Below, piece by piece: positions 19,068-29,047 of a stretch of 64,000 nt of DNA. The DNA comes from Candidatus Saganbacteria bacterium (GTDB taxonomy: Bacteria > Margulisbacteria > WOR-1 > XYC2-FULL-46-14 > WPAF01), in contig JACRPM010000006.1 in NCBI GenBank assembly GCA_016223205.1, positions 209,228-273,227 of the forward strand. Reading direction: 5' to 3'. Position numbers and translations under genes: made by a program. Numbering within the stretch: position 1 is the first letter of the stretch; every line of letters starts with the position of its first letter. The notes under the pieces were generated by a model, which saw only the letters and a list, made by a program, of their open reading frames with translations, did no database searches and had not been told where the DNA came from.

Positions 19068-21215
19068 ATGACGAATCAGCCGCTTTATCTTGCGATGGTC
19101 TGGCACATGCACCAGCCCTACTATAAGGACCTGGTGACTAGCGAATACATCCTCCCCTGGGTGCGCCTGCACGGCATCAAAGATTATTACGAGATGGCCG
19201 CTTTGCTGGACGATTATCCCAACTTCAAAGCCACTTACAATCTGGTGCCTTCCCTGCTCCTGCAGATCGAGGATTACGTTCATCATGGGGCCAAGGACCG
19301 CGCGCTGCTGCTTTCGGAAAAAGCTCCAGCCGATCTTACGGACGAAGAAAAGCTCTATATCCTTAAGAATTTTTTCATGGTCAACTGGGAAGTGATGATC
19401 AAACCCTTCCCCCGTTACCAGGACCTGCTCCTAAAGCGCGGCAGGTTTTCTTCCCCGGCGGAACTGGCCCGGGTCTCCCAGCGCATGACCAACCAAGAGA
19501 TGCTCGACCTCCAGGTTTGGTTCAACCTGACCTGGTTTGGTTTCATATCCCGGAAAAACGATCCGGTGATCAAGGAACTTTTTGCCAAAGGCCGCAATTT
19601 CACGGCCGACGACAAACGAGCCCTGCTTGCCAAACAGATCGAGGTCCTATCCCGCATCATTCCCAAACACCGGGAGCTGGCAGAGCGGGGACAGATCGAG
19701 ATCACCACCACGCCTTTTTACCATCCCATCCTGCCCCTGTTATGCGATACCCACGTCGCCAAAGAGTCCCTGCCGCATATCAAACTGCCCGCCATCCGTT
19801 TTCGCCATCCCGAGGACGCCGAACAGCAGATCAGGTCGGCAGTCGAATATTTCAAAGAAAAGTTCGGGGAGCCGCCGGCGGGGATGTGGCCTTCGGAGGG
19901 GAGTGTCAGCGATGAGATGGCCCGGATCACTTCACAAGCCGGAATAAAGTGGATGGCCACCGATGAATCGGTATTGGGGTCGTCGCTTAGCCGGATGCTT
20001 TCCCCAGCGGAGCGCTGCCAGCCGTACTTTACGGATTGGGAAGGCAAGCGACTCGAGTTGATCTTCCGCAACCATTTCCTTTCCGACCAGATAGGGTTTG
20101 TTTATCAAAGGTGGCGGGCCAAAGACAGCGTGGACGATTTTATCAAGCACCTCTATGACATCCGCAACGCTCTGCCGGACGACGGCAAAAGATATTTAGT
20201 GTCCGTGATCCTGGACGGCGAGAACGCCTGGGAATATTACCGGGATGGGGGCGAAAACTTCTTGCGGGAGTTCCATAACCGCCTGCAAAACACGCCCCAC
20301 ATCGCGACTTGCCGGGTCAAAGATTTTCTGGCGGAAAACCCCCCGAACTATCATCTGCCGAAATTGTTCCCCGCTTCGTGGATCAACAACAATTTCCGCA
20401 TCTGGATCGGCCACGAGGAAGATAATGTTTCGTGGGATTACCTGGCACGCGCTAGAGCGGCGCTCGAGGGATCCACAAACCAGACCGCCTGGCAGGAGCT
20501 CCATGTGGCGGAGGGTTCGGATTGGAACTGGTGGTACGGCGACGACCATTCATCCGAGAACGATGAGGCCTTTGATGCTTTATACCGCAAGCATTTAAAA
20601 AATGTCTACCACCTGCTCGGCAAGGAACCGCCCAAGTATTTGGACCGGCCCATCAAGCGGCTCAAGGCCTTCAAGCCCACCCGGGAGCCGGTGTATCTTA
20701 TCGAGCCCGAGATCGACGGTCTGGTCACCAATTATTACGAATGGCTTTCGGCCGGCTATTTTGATATCGAAAAAGCCAAAGGGGCCATGCACCAGCTGGA
20801 GACGGTGCTCCACTCTTTCTATTACGGTTTCAGCCGCACCGCGCTTTATATCCGCCTGGATTGCGCCATCGGATTCACCGAAAATTGCCGGTCGCTCACC
20901 TTTGCCCTGCTGACCTACGCGCCGGGTGAATTTAAGGCGGAAATATCATTTGTGGACGGCGCGACCTTGACGCTTTATAAGATGGAAGAGGGGCAGGGCT
21001 GGGTCAAGATCAAGGACCTTTCGACATTAGGAGCCCGCAAGATCATCGAATTTGCGGTGCCTTTTGAGGACCTTTCGGTCAAACCGGGGGAAGAGCTGCA
21101 GTTCTCGATCACCGTAAGCCACAGCGGCAACGAACTCGAGCGCTGGCCGCGGGGCGGGGTGATCTGCCTCAAAGCCCCCACCGTAAGCTACGAAGCGGAC
21201 CAATGGAGCTTATAG
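19068..21215 (+). CDS. Glycoside hydrolase family 57 protein (alpha-amylase/4-alpha-glucanotransferase-like), 715 aa
   Basis: N-terminal LAMVWHMHQPYY GH57 signature; long C-terminal extension. Confidence 0.8.
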   Translation: MTNQPLYLAMVWHMHQPYYKDLVTSEYILPWVRLHGIKDYYEMAALLDDYPNFKATYNLVPSLLLQIEDYVHHGAKDRALLLSEKAPADLTDEEKLYILKNFFMVNWEVMIKPFPRYQDLLLKRGRFSSPAELARVSQRMTNQEMLDLQVWFNLTWFGFISRKNDPVIKELFAKGRNFTADDKRALLAKQIEVLSRIIPKHRELAERGQIEITTTPFYHPILPLLCDTHVAKESLPHIKLPAIRFRHPEDAEQQIRSAVEYFKEKFGEPPAGMWPSEGSVSDEMARITSQAGIKWMATDESVLGSSLSRMLSPAERCQPYFTDWEGKRLELIFRNHFLSDQIGFVYQRWRAKDSVDDFIKHLYDIRNALPDDGKRYLVSVILDGENAWEYYRDGGENFLREFHNRLQNTPHIATCRVKDFLAENPPNYHLPKLFPASWINNNFRIWIGHEEDNVSWDYLARARAALEGSTNQTAWQELHVAEGSDWNWWYGDDHSSENDEAFDALYRKHLKNVYHLLGKEPPKYLDRPIKRLKAFKPTREPVYLIEPEIDGLVTNYYEWLSAGYFDIEKAKGAMHQLETVLHSFYYGFSRTALYIRLDCAIGFTENCRSLTFALLTYAPGEFKAEISFVDGATLTLYKMEEGQGWVKIKDLSTLGARKIIEFAVPFEDLSVKPGEELQFSITVSHSGNELERWPRGGVICLKAPTVSYEADQWSL

Positions 21216-23366
21216 ATGAAGAAAATTAATTTTCTGTTCGGGATCCATTGCCATCAGCCGGTGGGGAACTTCGAGCACGTTTTCGACCAGGCCTACCAGG
21301 ATTGCTATCGGCCTTTCATCGAAACGCTCGACCGGCATCCGCGCATCAAGTTTGCGGCCCATTGGAGCGGCATCCTCTACGATTGGTTTCTAATAAAACA
21401 CCCCGAGTTCATCGACCTTTTGGGCAAGCTGGTAAAGCGCGGCCAGATGGAGCTTTTGACCGCCGGCTATTACGAACCTATCCTGCCCATCATTCCCGAT
21501 GCCGACAAGGTCGGCCAGATCAAGATGCAGAGCGAGTTCATAAAATCCAAGTTCAAATCCTCGCCGCGGGGGCTGTGGCTTACCGAGCGCATCTGGGAGC
21601 CGGCGCTACCCAAGGTCTTAAGCGAGACCGGGGTGGAATACGTGACGGTGGACGATTACCATTTCTTTTCGGCCGGCCTGCTGCCCGAAGAACTTTTCGG
21701 CTATTATCTGACCGAAGACCAGGGGGTGACGCTCAAGGTCTTCCCCATCAATAAAAAATTAAGGTACCTTATCCCCTTTAAACTGCCCGAAGAGACCATA
21801 AATTACCTCCGCTCCGAAGCCGGTGATGACCCCAGCCGGGCCGCGATACTGGCGGATGACGGGGAAAAGTTCGGGATGTGGCCCGGCACCCACCAGTGGG
21901 TCTTCAAGGAAAATTATCTGGAGAACCTGCTTACCAGGATCGAAGCCAACCTGGATTGGATCGTGCCTATGACCTTTTCGGAATACCTGGATGAATACCC
22001 GGCACAAGGACGCGTGTACCTGCCCACCGCCTCGTATTTTGAGATGATGGAATGGTCCCTGCCCACCCGGGCCGGATTGAAATTTGCGCGCCTGATGCAG
22101 GAGATCGAAAAGTCCGGCCGGGCCGAAGAATATAAACAATTCTTCAAGGGCGGCTTTTTCCGCAACTTCTTCGTCAAGTATGAAGAAGCCAATAATATGC
22201 ACAAAAAGATGCTGCAGGTCTCTTCCAAGCTGCAGACCATCAAAAAAAGCCCGTCCAGCGGAGAAAGGCAAAACCTGATCGAATCCGCAGAGCGCGACCT
22301 TTACCAGGGGCAGTGCAATTGCGCTTACTGGCACGGGGTCTTCGGCGGTTTGTACCTCGGCAATCTTCGCCACGCGGTCTACGAACACCTGATCAAGGCG
22401 GAAGATACCTTGCAAAAGATCCAGCGGGGAGAAAAGAAATTTACCGAAGTGGTGGTCACGGATTTTGACAAGGACGGAGCGGAGGAGGTCTTGATGGCCA
22501 ACGATCTCCTTAACCTGTATTTTTCCCCTCGCCTTGGCGGGGGGCTTTTTGAGATCGATTACAAACCCCAGGCCTTTAACCTGGCCAACACCTTGACCCG
22601 CCGGGAAGAGGCCTATCACCAAAAGATCCGCGAGGCCGCTCCCCAGAACCTGGCGGTCACCCAAACCGGCACCGCCAGCATCCACGATGTCGTGAGGGTA
22701 AAGGAAGCCGGGATCCAAAAATACCTGGTCTATGATAATTACCGCAAGGTCTCGCTTTTGGACCACTTCTTGCCGCTGGATATCTCCTTGGAAAAAATAG
22801 AACATTCCGATTACCAGGAGATGGGAGATTTTATCGGCGCTGAATACGGATTTTTCCCTCACCGCAAAAGCGAGGAAGCCAAGGTCACCTTTTCACGCGT
22901 CGGACGGGTGGGGAACCAGCCAATAGACCTGGCAAAAAGCGTTTCGCTTTTTTCCGGAGCCAGCATCGCGCATATCGAATACGAGATCATCAACCGATCG
23001 GACCTGCCGCTTTCGACCATCTTTGGGCTGGAATTCAACCTGACGCTTTTGGCGGGCGACGCGCCGGACCGTTACTATAAGGTACCCGGGAAAAAACTTG
23101 CCGAACCAAAGCTCCAAAGCCGCGGAGAGGTGCCCGCGGTTTCCGAAGTAAAGTTGATTGACGGTTGGAAGGGCTTTGGTGTATCATTGGGCCTGGAAAA
23201 GATAGGGGATTTTTGGCGTTATCCTCAAGAAACCGTATCCCAATCCGAAGGGGGTTTCGAGAGGACATTCCAGGGATCGGTAATCTTGTTCTTGTGGAAA
23301 TTGTCGCTTCCGCCCAATGCCAAATGGACCAATAAGATCGTCTTCAAGATCGAGGAAGGAGTATAA
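21216..23366 (+). CDS. Glycoside hydrolase family 57 protein, 716 aa (second GH57 paralog)
   Basis: FGIHCHQPVGNF GH57 signature; start adjacent to previous stop (1 bp). Confidence 0.8.
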   Translation: MKKINFLFGIHCHQPVGNFEHVFDQAYQDCYRPFIETLDRHPRIKFAAHWSGILYDWFLIKHPEFIDLLGKLVKRGQMELLTAGYYEPILPIIPDADKVGQIKMQSEFIKSKFKSSPRGLWLTERIWEPALPKVLSETGVEYVTVDDYHFFSAGLLPEELFGYYLTEDQGVTLKVFPINKKLRYLIPFKLPEETINYLRSEAGDDPSRAAILADDGEKFGMWPGTHQWVFKENYLENLLTRIEANLDWIVPMTFSEYLDEYPAQGRVYLPTASYFEMMEWSLPTRAGLKFARLMQEIEKSGRAEEYKQFFKGGFFRNFFVKYEEANNMHKKMLQVSSKLQTIKKSPSSGERQNLIESAERDLYQGQCNCAYWHGVFGGLYLGNLRHAVYEHLIKAEDTLQKIQRGEKKFTEVVVTDFDKDGAEEVLMANDLLNLYFSPRLGGGLFEIDYKPQAFNLANTLTRREEAYHQKIREAAPQNLAVTQTGTASIHDVVRVKEAGIQKYLVYDNYRKVSLLDHFLPLDISLEKIEHSDYQEMGDFIGAEYGFFPHRKSEEAKVTFSRVGRVGNQPIDLAKSVSLFSGASIAHIEYEIINRSDLPLSTIFGLEFNLTLLAGDAPDRYYKVPGKKLAEPKLQSRGEVPAVSEVKLIDGWKGFGVSLGLEKIGDFWRYPQETVSQSEGGFERTFQGSVILFLWKLSLPPNAKWTNKIVFKIEEGV

Positions 23367-23369
23367 GGG

Positions 23370-24404
23370 ATGCCGGAATTACGCAAGTGTCCCATCACTG
23401 ACCGCTGGGTGGTCATCTCGACCGAGAGAGGGAGACGGCCCACCGATTTTTCGACTCCCAGCGCCGCCGGCGTTGCGGATGACGCCAGCAAATGCCCGCT
23501 CTGCGAGGGAAAAGAAGATAAGACCCCGCACGAGATCGTGGCCTGGCGCCGCACCGATTCCCAGCCCGACAAGCCCGGCTGGCAGGTGAGGGTGATCCCC
23601 AACAAATTCCCGGCCCTGGTGATCGAAGGGGACGTCAACCGTTCGGGTATGGGTATTTTCGACATGATGAGCGGCATCGGCGCGCACGAAGTGATCGTCG
23701 AGACCCCCAGCCACAACGTAACCCTGGCGGACATGCCGGAAGAATCGATCGAAAAACTGCTCTGGGCTTACAAACAGCGGATCACCGATCTCGAGAAGGA
23801 TAAGCGTTTCCGCTATGTGCTGATCTTCAAAAATTACGGCAGCGCCGCCGGGGCCTCGCTGTCGCATGCCCATTCCCAGCTCATTGCCACTCCCATCACC
23901 CCGCGCTACGTCAAAATGGAACTGCATAACAGCCGCGTGTATTTTCAAGAGAAGGAACGCTGTTTGTTCTGCGACATGATCCGGCAGGAGTTGGGGCAGG
24001 GCGAGCGGCTGATCTACGAAAATGAATATTTCGTGGTCTTCGCGCCTTTTGCTTCGCGCTTCCCTTTTGAGAACTGGATCTTTCCCCGCCGCCACCACGC
24101 CGGCTTCCAGGACATGCCGGACGAAGAAAGGGCGCAATTGGCGCGCTGTATGAAAGATGTCTTGACCCGTTTGAAAAAGACCTTAAACGACCCGCCCTTC
24201 AATTACGTGCTGCATACCGCGCCCAACGCCGTGCCCCGGCCGGGCAAACCGGATTACTGGGGGACCATCAGCTACGATTATCACTGGCACATCGAGATCA
24301 TCCCGCGTCTCACCAAACAGGCGGGATTCGAGTGGGGCTCGGGGCTGTATATCAATCCCACCTCGCCCGAGGAAGCCGCCAAGTACCTAAGAGAGATCAT
24401 GTAA
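23370..24404 (+). CDS. galT: Galactose-1-phosphate uridylyltransferase-like (GalT/HIT family hexose-1-P nucleotidyltransferase)
   Basis: Zn site CPLCEG; active-site SHAHSQL (HxHxQ); 344 aa; second half-barrel repeat. Confidence 0.7.
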   Translation: MPELRKCPITDRWVVISTERGRRPTDFSTPSAAGVADDASKCPLCEGKEDKTPHEIVAWRRTDSQPDKPGWQVRVIPNKFPALVIEGDVNRSGMGIFDMMSGIGAHEVIVETPSHNVTLADMPEESIEKLLWAYKQRITDLEKDKRFRYVLIFKNYGSAAGASLSHAHSQLIATPITPRYVKMELHNSRVYFQEKERCLFCDMIRQELGQGERLIYENEYFVVFAPFASRFPFENWIFPRRHHAGFQDMPDEERAQLARCMKDVLTRLKKTLNDPPFNYVLHTAPNAVPRPGKPDYWGTISYDYHWHIEIIPRLTKQAGFEWGSGLYINPTSPEEAAKYLREIM

Positions 24405-24420
24405 GATCCGGGAGGGAAAA

Positions 24421-25341
24421 ATGCCGCCTAAGAAAAAAGCTGCCGTCCCTAAAAAAAGAGCAGTGTCCCGCCGGCCCCGGCGTAAAAAAATTACTGCGAC
24501 CCAGGATGTTATCCAACCGGCTGAAGAAAAAATAGAAGAAGCAAAATTCTATACCGGGCCGGTGATGCAGAAGTTCGAGGAAGCCCGGGGTTTTGAATTT
24601 CCCGGAGGGTACGGCGACAACCGCATAACCATCATGGTGCGCGATCCCTACTGGATCTACGCCTACTGGGAACTCAATCCGGGGAAAGTCGATCAGATCC
24701 GCCGCGACCTTAGGGAAAAATTCGATCAGGCCAAGCTGATATTGAGAATTTACGACGCCGGCAACTGGAGCTTTTTTGATATAGGCATCGGGGGCGGGGT
24801 CAGCAACTGGTACATCAACGTGGGCCGGCCCAATACCCCCTTCTGCGTGGATATCGGCTTCTTGACGCCGGACGGCACCTTTATCGCCGCGGCGCGCAGT
24901 AATCTGGTCACCACCCCGCGCGACCGGATGTCGGATGTGATCGATGAAGAGTGGATGATACCCGATTGGGAACGCATGTACGGATTATCCGGAGGATTTG
25001 GGGTGGGGAAGGGATCGCTTGAGATCCGGGAAATGATAGAGAAGAGGATGCTGCACCAAGTCACTTCCCCGGGCGTTTCTTCGCTCTTCTCGCCGACCAG
25101 GTCCGCCCAGCCGCGTCCTTTTTGGCTGGCCGCCAACTGCGAGCTGATCGTCTACGGGGCCACCGAGCCCACGGCCTCGGTCACCGTCCAGGGCCATCCC
25201 ATCAAACTGCGGGAAGATGGTTCGTTTTCATTGAGATTTTCTCTCCCCGACGGAAGGCAGACCATCCCAATTGAGGCCGTCCGGGAAGACGGGGCGGAAA
25301 AACGCCAGGTAACTCCCATCGTGGAGAGAAGAACCGAATAA
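24421..25341 (+). CDS. Hypothetical protein with Lys/Arg-rich N-terminus (possibly DUF4912-like, a family I recall as often neighbouring GH57 genes)
   Basis: ORF with ATG, SD-like GGGAGGG upstream; no catalytic motif recognised. Confidence 0.45.
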   Translation: MPPKKKAAVPKKRAVSRRPRRKKITATQDVIQPAEEKIEEAKFYTGPVMQKFEEARGFEFPGGYGDNRITIMVRDPYWIYAYWELNPGKVDQIRRDLREKFDQAKLILRIYDAGNWSFFDIGIGGGVSNWYINVGRPNTPFCVDIGFLTPDGTFIAAARSNLVTTPRDRMSDVIDEEWMIPDWERMYGLSGGFGVGKGSLEIREMIEKRMLHQVTSPGVSSLFSPTRSAQPRPFWLAANCELIVYGATEPTASVTVQGHPIKLREDGSFSLRFSLPDGRQTIPIEAVREDGAEKRQVTPIVERRTE

Positions 25342-26334
25342 TTGCTCACCGACCTCAAGTCCCTGAATTTGACCGAGCTTCAGGAGATCGTTCCCGGTTT
25401 TAAAGGCCGCGAGGTCTTTCGCTTTATCCACCGGCATTTAAAAGAAAAGATAAGCGATCTGACCTGCATTTCGCTTTCCGAACGAGAACAGTTGGCCGAA
25501 AAATATTTCATCTCCAATCTTGATATCCAAAAAACCTCAAACGAAAAAGAAGCCGGCAAAGTGGCCTTTAAGCTATCTGACGGCAATTTAGTGGAAACGG
25601 TAAGTTTGAAGGACAAAGAGAACCGCGTGACGTTGTGCGTTTCTTCGCAGGTAGGTTGTCCCGTCCAATGTCTCTTCTGCGCTACGGGGAAGATGGGATT
25701 TAAGCGAAACCTGACGGTCTCCGAGATCCTCTCACAGGTCTATCATTTTGCCAAAGGGGAAAAGATCTCCAATATCGTTTTTATGGGGATGGGGGAGCCC
25801 TTCTTGAACTATGAAAATGTTTTAGCCGCGGCCAGGATATTGAACCACCCGCTGGGGCAGAACATCGCCGCCCGCAAGATCACTATTTCGACGGTGGGCA
25901 TCATCTCGGGGATAAAGAAGCTGGCGGAGACCCCGGAGCAATTCCGCCTGGCCTGGTCGCTTATCGCGCCCAATGACGGCGCCCGGGGCGAACTGATACC
26001 GTCAAAATACAATGAGCCGATCGACAAGATAGTCGCCGCGCTTCGGGAGTATCAAAGGACCACCAGACGCAGAGTGACCCTTGAATATGTGGTCTTAAAG
26101 GACAAGAACGATTCAGAAAAGGACGCCGCTCAATTGGTAAAAATCGCCAAACAATTGGACAGCCATGTCAATTTGATCCCGTATAATCCGGTCAAGGGTT
26201 CATTTTATATGGAAGGGAATAAAGGGGCGCTCTTCTCGTATCTTAAGAAAGCCGGGGTCAACGTGACCATCCGCCAAAGCCGGGGAAGAAGCATATCAGC
26301 AGCTTGCGGGCAGTTGGCCATGCACCATGAATAG
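25342..26334 (+). CDS. rlmN: Radical SAM 23S rRNA (adenine2503-C2)-methyltransferase RlmN/Cfr family
   Basis: SSQVGCPVQCLFCATG (CxxxCxxC); MGMGEPFLN; C-terminal Cys pair; TTG start. Confidence 0.8.
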   Translation: MLTDLKSLNLTELQEIVPGFKGREVFRFIHRHLKEKISDLTCISLSEREQLAEKYFISNLDIQKTSNEKEAGKVAFKLSDGNLVETVSLKDKENRVTLCVSSQVGCPVQCLFCATGKMGFKRNLTVSEILSQVYHFAKGEKISNIVFMGMGEPFLNYENVLAAARILNHPLGQNIAARKITISTVGIISGIKKLAETPEQFRLAWSLIAPNDGARGELIPSKYNEPIDKIVAALREYQRTTRRRVTLEYVVLKDKNDSEKDAAQLVKIAKQLDSHVNLIPYNPVKGSFYMEGNKGALFSYLKKAGVNVTIRQSRGRSISAACGQLAMHHE

Positions 26335-26350
26335 GTGCATGGCTGGCGGG

Positions 26351-26881
26351 TCATTCCGCCGAATAAACAAAATCCATTATGGCTCGGAAGGGATTACCGG
26401 GAGCGTCTCCCAGTGGAGTAGAAAGCAATGCCGCAGAACTGATGCGGTGATCATTTCCGGTATCATCCGAAGTATTGTATGATAGATCAAGCCGCACGAT
26501 CGCACCTTGGGGTGGAATACCAATCATAGTGAGATGCCGAAAGGCACATCTTACCGCCGCTCTTATGGTTCTATCCGGAAAATCAGCCTTATAATATAAT
26601 TGATTGAGACCGCAATTAAAATTGATGGCAAGTGAATAAATCCCCGTTTCTAACATAGCTTGGCAAATGTGCCGATCTATTAAATGGGTCTGTTCCCGCC
26701 CCGCCGCTCCCATCATTCCGCTCTCAAAATCAAGATTTAATTTGGCGCCGTTGGTTTGCTGGGCTAGATTTCTAATCTGCCGTTCCAACTTATGCAGGCC
26801 GAACAATGGTCTGTTGCGCCCTATCCCTACCACAAGCATTCGTTGGCTAAAAAGTCTTATCCCAGTTCTTAATATCCCCAT
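26351..26881 (-). CDS. Hypothetical protein, tandem paralog A
   Basis: Shares DRTIRAAVRCAFRHLTMIGIPPQGAIVRLDLSYN block with upstream paralog B (DRILKATVRCVLRHLSMHGLPPEGDHISIVLSH); both start MGI. Confidence 0.45.
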   Translation of the reverse strand: MGILRTGIRLFSQRMLVVGIGRNRPLFGLHKLERQIRNLAQQTNGAKLNLDFESGMMGAAGREQTHLIDRHICQAMLETGIYSLAINFNCGLNQLYYKADFPDRTIRAAVRCAFRHLTMIGIPPQGAIVRLDLSYNTSDDTGNDHRISSAALLSTPLGDAPGNPFRAIMDFVYSAE

Positions 26882-27393
26882 GGCCCTCCTTCCTCTACCG
26901 CCGAAAATATTTTCACTATAGCCCCACGCGGGATACTGGGCGATCGGGCCAATAAAGCGAAAGCGTTGATTTGATTCAGATCGAGCAAGTTAAAGGTAAG
27001 ATGGGAAAGAACTATCGAAATATGATCTCCCTCGGGCGGCAAACCATGCATAGAAAGATGGCGCAATACGCACCTTACTGTTGCTTTTAATATCCGGTCC
27101 GGTATGACAGCACCGCTGCCCGGGGTCCCATTCATATCGATCAATATGGAATCGATCCCTTTTTTCCGCATTAATTCGCAAATTGTCCTATTTATTTCGA
27201 ATGGTTTTACTATCCCCCAAACTTTTGCCTCGCGATTTATGAAATTAAAGAGGAGATCGGCGCCGGGACATTGACCGGCCATCCGCTTAGACGCACGGGC
27301 TAATCCATATAATCCAGAAAGACGCTTTTTACCGGAAACGACCGACCCAACTCTTTTAAGAAATAGGGAACCCTGTGTCAATGTTATTCCCAT
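26869..27393 (-). CDS. Hypothetical protein, tandem paralog B (13-bp overlap with paralog A)
   Basis: See paralog A; co-oriented, overlapping, hence co-transcribed. Confidence 0.45.
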   Translation of the reverse strand: MGITLTQGSLFLKRVGSVVSGKKRLSGLYGLARASKRMAGQCPGADLLFNFINREAKVWGIVKPFEINRTICELMRKKGIDSILIDMNGTPGSGAVIPDRILKATVRCVLRHLSMHGLPPEGDHISIVLSHLTFNLLDLNQINAFALLARSPSIPRGAIVKIFSAVEEGGPWGY

Positions 27394-27425
27394 GATTCAC
27401 CTCACCACAATTATCTGTTTGCGCC

Positions 27426-27456
27426 TTAAAAAATTTCACACTATTTATGATATAAT
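27426..27456 (+). promoter_or_regulatory. Candidate sigma70-type extended -10 promoter (TGATATAAT) for the GH57 branching-enzyme gene; predicted TSS essentially at the ATG (leaderless or very short leader)
   Basis: tgatataat at 27448-27456; ATG at 27464; no SD between them; AT-rich upstream (ttaaaa 27426-31). Confidence 0.3.
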
Positions 27457-27463
27457 TTGTTAA

Positions 27464-29047
27464 ATGCAAAAAGGCTACCTCGCGCTGGTGCTCCACGCGC
27501 ACTTGCCTTATGTCCGCCATCCGGAACACGAGGATTTTCTGGAGGAGGACTGGTTCTTTGAGGCGGTGACCGAGACCTATATCCCCCTGCTCAACATGTT
27601 CGAAACCCTGGTGCGGGACGGGGTGGACTTCCGCCTCACCATGTCCGTTACCCCGACCCTGGGCGCCATGTTCACCGATGAGCTTTTGCAGAACCGCTAC
27701 CTCCATCATATAGAAAAATTGATCGAGCTTTCTTATAAAGAGATCGACCGCACCCGCTGGGAGCCGGCCTTTAACCACCTGGCCCGAATGTATAACCACC
27801 GCTTCAACCTGGCGCGGACGGCCTTTGTCGATACCTACGGCAAAAATCTGATCAACGGCTTTAAGAAATTCCAGGACATGGGGAAACTGGAGATCATCAC
27901 CTGCGGCGCGACACACGGTTTTCTTCCCTTAATGGAGATCTCCCGCGCCGCGGTCCGCGCCCAGGTAAAAGTGGCCTGTTCGCACTATGAGAAACTTTTT
28001 GGCAGGAGGCCGCGGGGCATCTGGCTGCCCGAGTGCGGCTTCCAGCCCGGAGACGACCAAATATTAAAAGAAGAAGGACTACGTTTCTTTCTGGTCGACA
28101 CCCACGGCATCCTCCACGGCTCGCCCCGCCCCAAGTTCGGCGTTTTCGCCCCGGTCTATACCAAAACCGGGGTGGCGGCTTTTGGTCGAGACATGGAAAG
28201 CAGTAAGGCGGTGTGGTCGGCGGTGGAGGGTTATCCCGGAGATTACAACTACCGCGAGTTCTACCGCGATATCGGCTTCGACCTCGATTACGATTATATC
28301 CGTCCCTACATCCATTGTGACGGCACCCGCATCAACACCGGGATCAAATATTTCAAGATCACCAGCCCGAACAATCACAAAGAGCCCTACGATCCGCACT
28401 GGGCCTGGGAAAAGGCCGCCGAACACGCCGGCAACTTTCTCTTTAACCGGCAAAAGCAGGCGGAGTTCCTCTCGGATTGGATGGGGCAGGATCCCGTCCT
28501 GGTCTCACCGTACGATGCCGAGCTTTTCGGACACTGGTGGTACGAAGGGCCGCAATTTTTGGAAGTGTTGCTGCGCAAGATCCATCACGACCAGGACACC
28601 ATTAAGACCGTCACTTTGATGGAATATCTCGAGCGGCATCCGCGCAACCAGGTGATCACGCCCTCGCTTTCTTCGTGGGGTTATAAAGGGTACGCCGAGG
28701 TGTGGCTCGAAGGCAGCAACGACTGGATCTACCGGCACCTGCACAAGGCCGCCGAGCGCATGGTGGAGCTGGCCGATCGCTTCCCCAACCGGAACGGCAA
28801 CTTAAGGCGGGCGCTCAACCAATGTGCACGGGAACTTTTGCTGGCGCAATCCTCGGACTGGGCCTTTATCATGAAGACCGGGACCATGGTGCCGTATGCG
28901 GTGAAACGCTTCAAGGACCACATCGAACGTTTTACCCGCCTGCACGATGCCATCCTCGGCAACCGGATTGACGAACCATATCTGGCGGATCTCGAAGGCA
29001 AGGATAATATTTTCCCGGAGATCGATTATATGGTGTATAAGTCATGA
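27464..29047 (+). CDS. GH57 1,4-alpha-glucan branching enzyme (Thermus/Thermococcus-type)
   Basis: N-terminal LALVLHAHLPYVRHPEHEDFLEEDWFFEAVTETYIPLL closely resembles characterised GH57 branching enzymes; 527 aa. Confidence 0.8.
   Translation: MQKGYLALVLHAHLPYVRHPEHEDFLEEDWFFEAVTETYIPLLNMFETLVRDGVDFRLTMSVTPTLGAMFTDELLQNRYLHHIEKLIELSYKEIDRTRWEPAFNHLARMYNHRFNLARTAFVDTYGKNLINGFKKFQDMGKLEIITCGATHGFLPLMEISRAAVRAQVKVACSHYEKLFGRRPRGIWLPECGFQPGDDQILKEEGLRFFLVDTHGILHGSPRPKFGVFAPVYTKTGVAAFGRDMESSKAVWSAVEGYPGDYNYREFYRDIGFDLDYDYIRPYIHCDGTRINTGIKYFKITSPNNHKEPYDPHWAWEKAAEHAGNFLFNRQKQAEFLSDWMGQDPVLVSPYDAELFGHWWYEGPQFLEVLLRKIHHDQDTIKTVTLMEYLERHPRNQVITPSLSSWGYKGYAEVWLEGSNDWIYRHLHKAAERMVELADRFPNRNGNLRRALNQCARELLLAQSSDWAFIMKTGTMVPYAVKRFKDHIERFTRLHDAILGNRIDEPYLADLEGKDNIFPEIDYMVYKS

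Noticed and set aside
18447-19286. 279-aa antisense ORF over the FAH gene, and similar long antisense ORFs (21759..22862 -, 23379..24137 -, 47493..48320 -, 55549..56430 +, 57090..57617 -, 60727..61695 -)
   Set aside because: Each lies opposite a gene with clear family motifs (FAH, GH57, GalT, propeller protein, rpsB, sepF, relA) and encodes low-complexity Arg/Gly/Pro-rich sequence characteristic of reverse-strand GC-rich translation.
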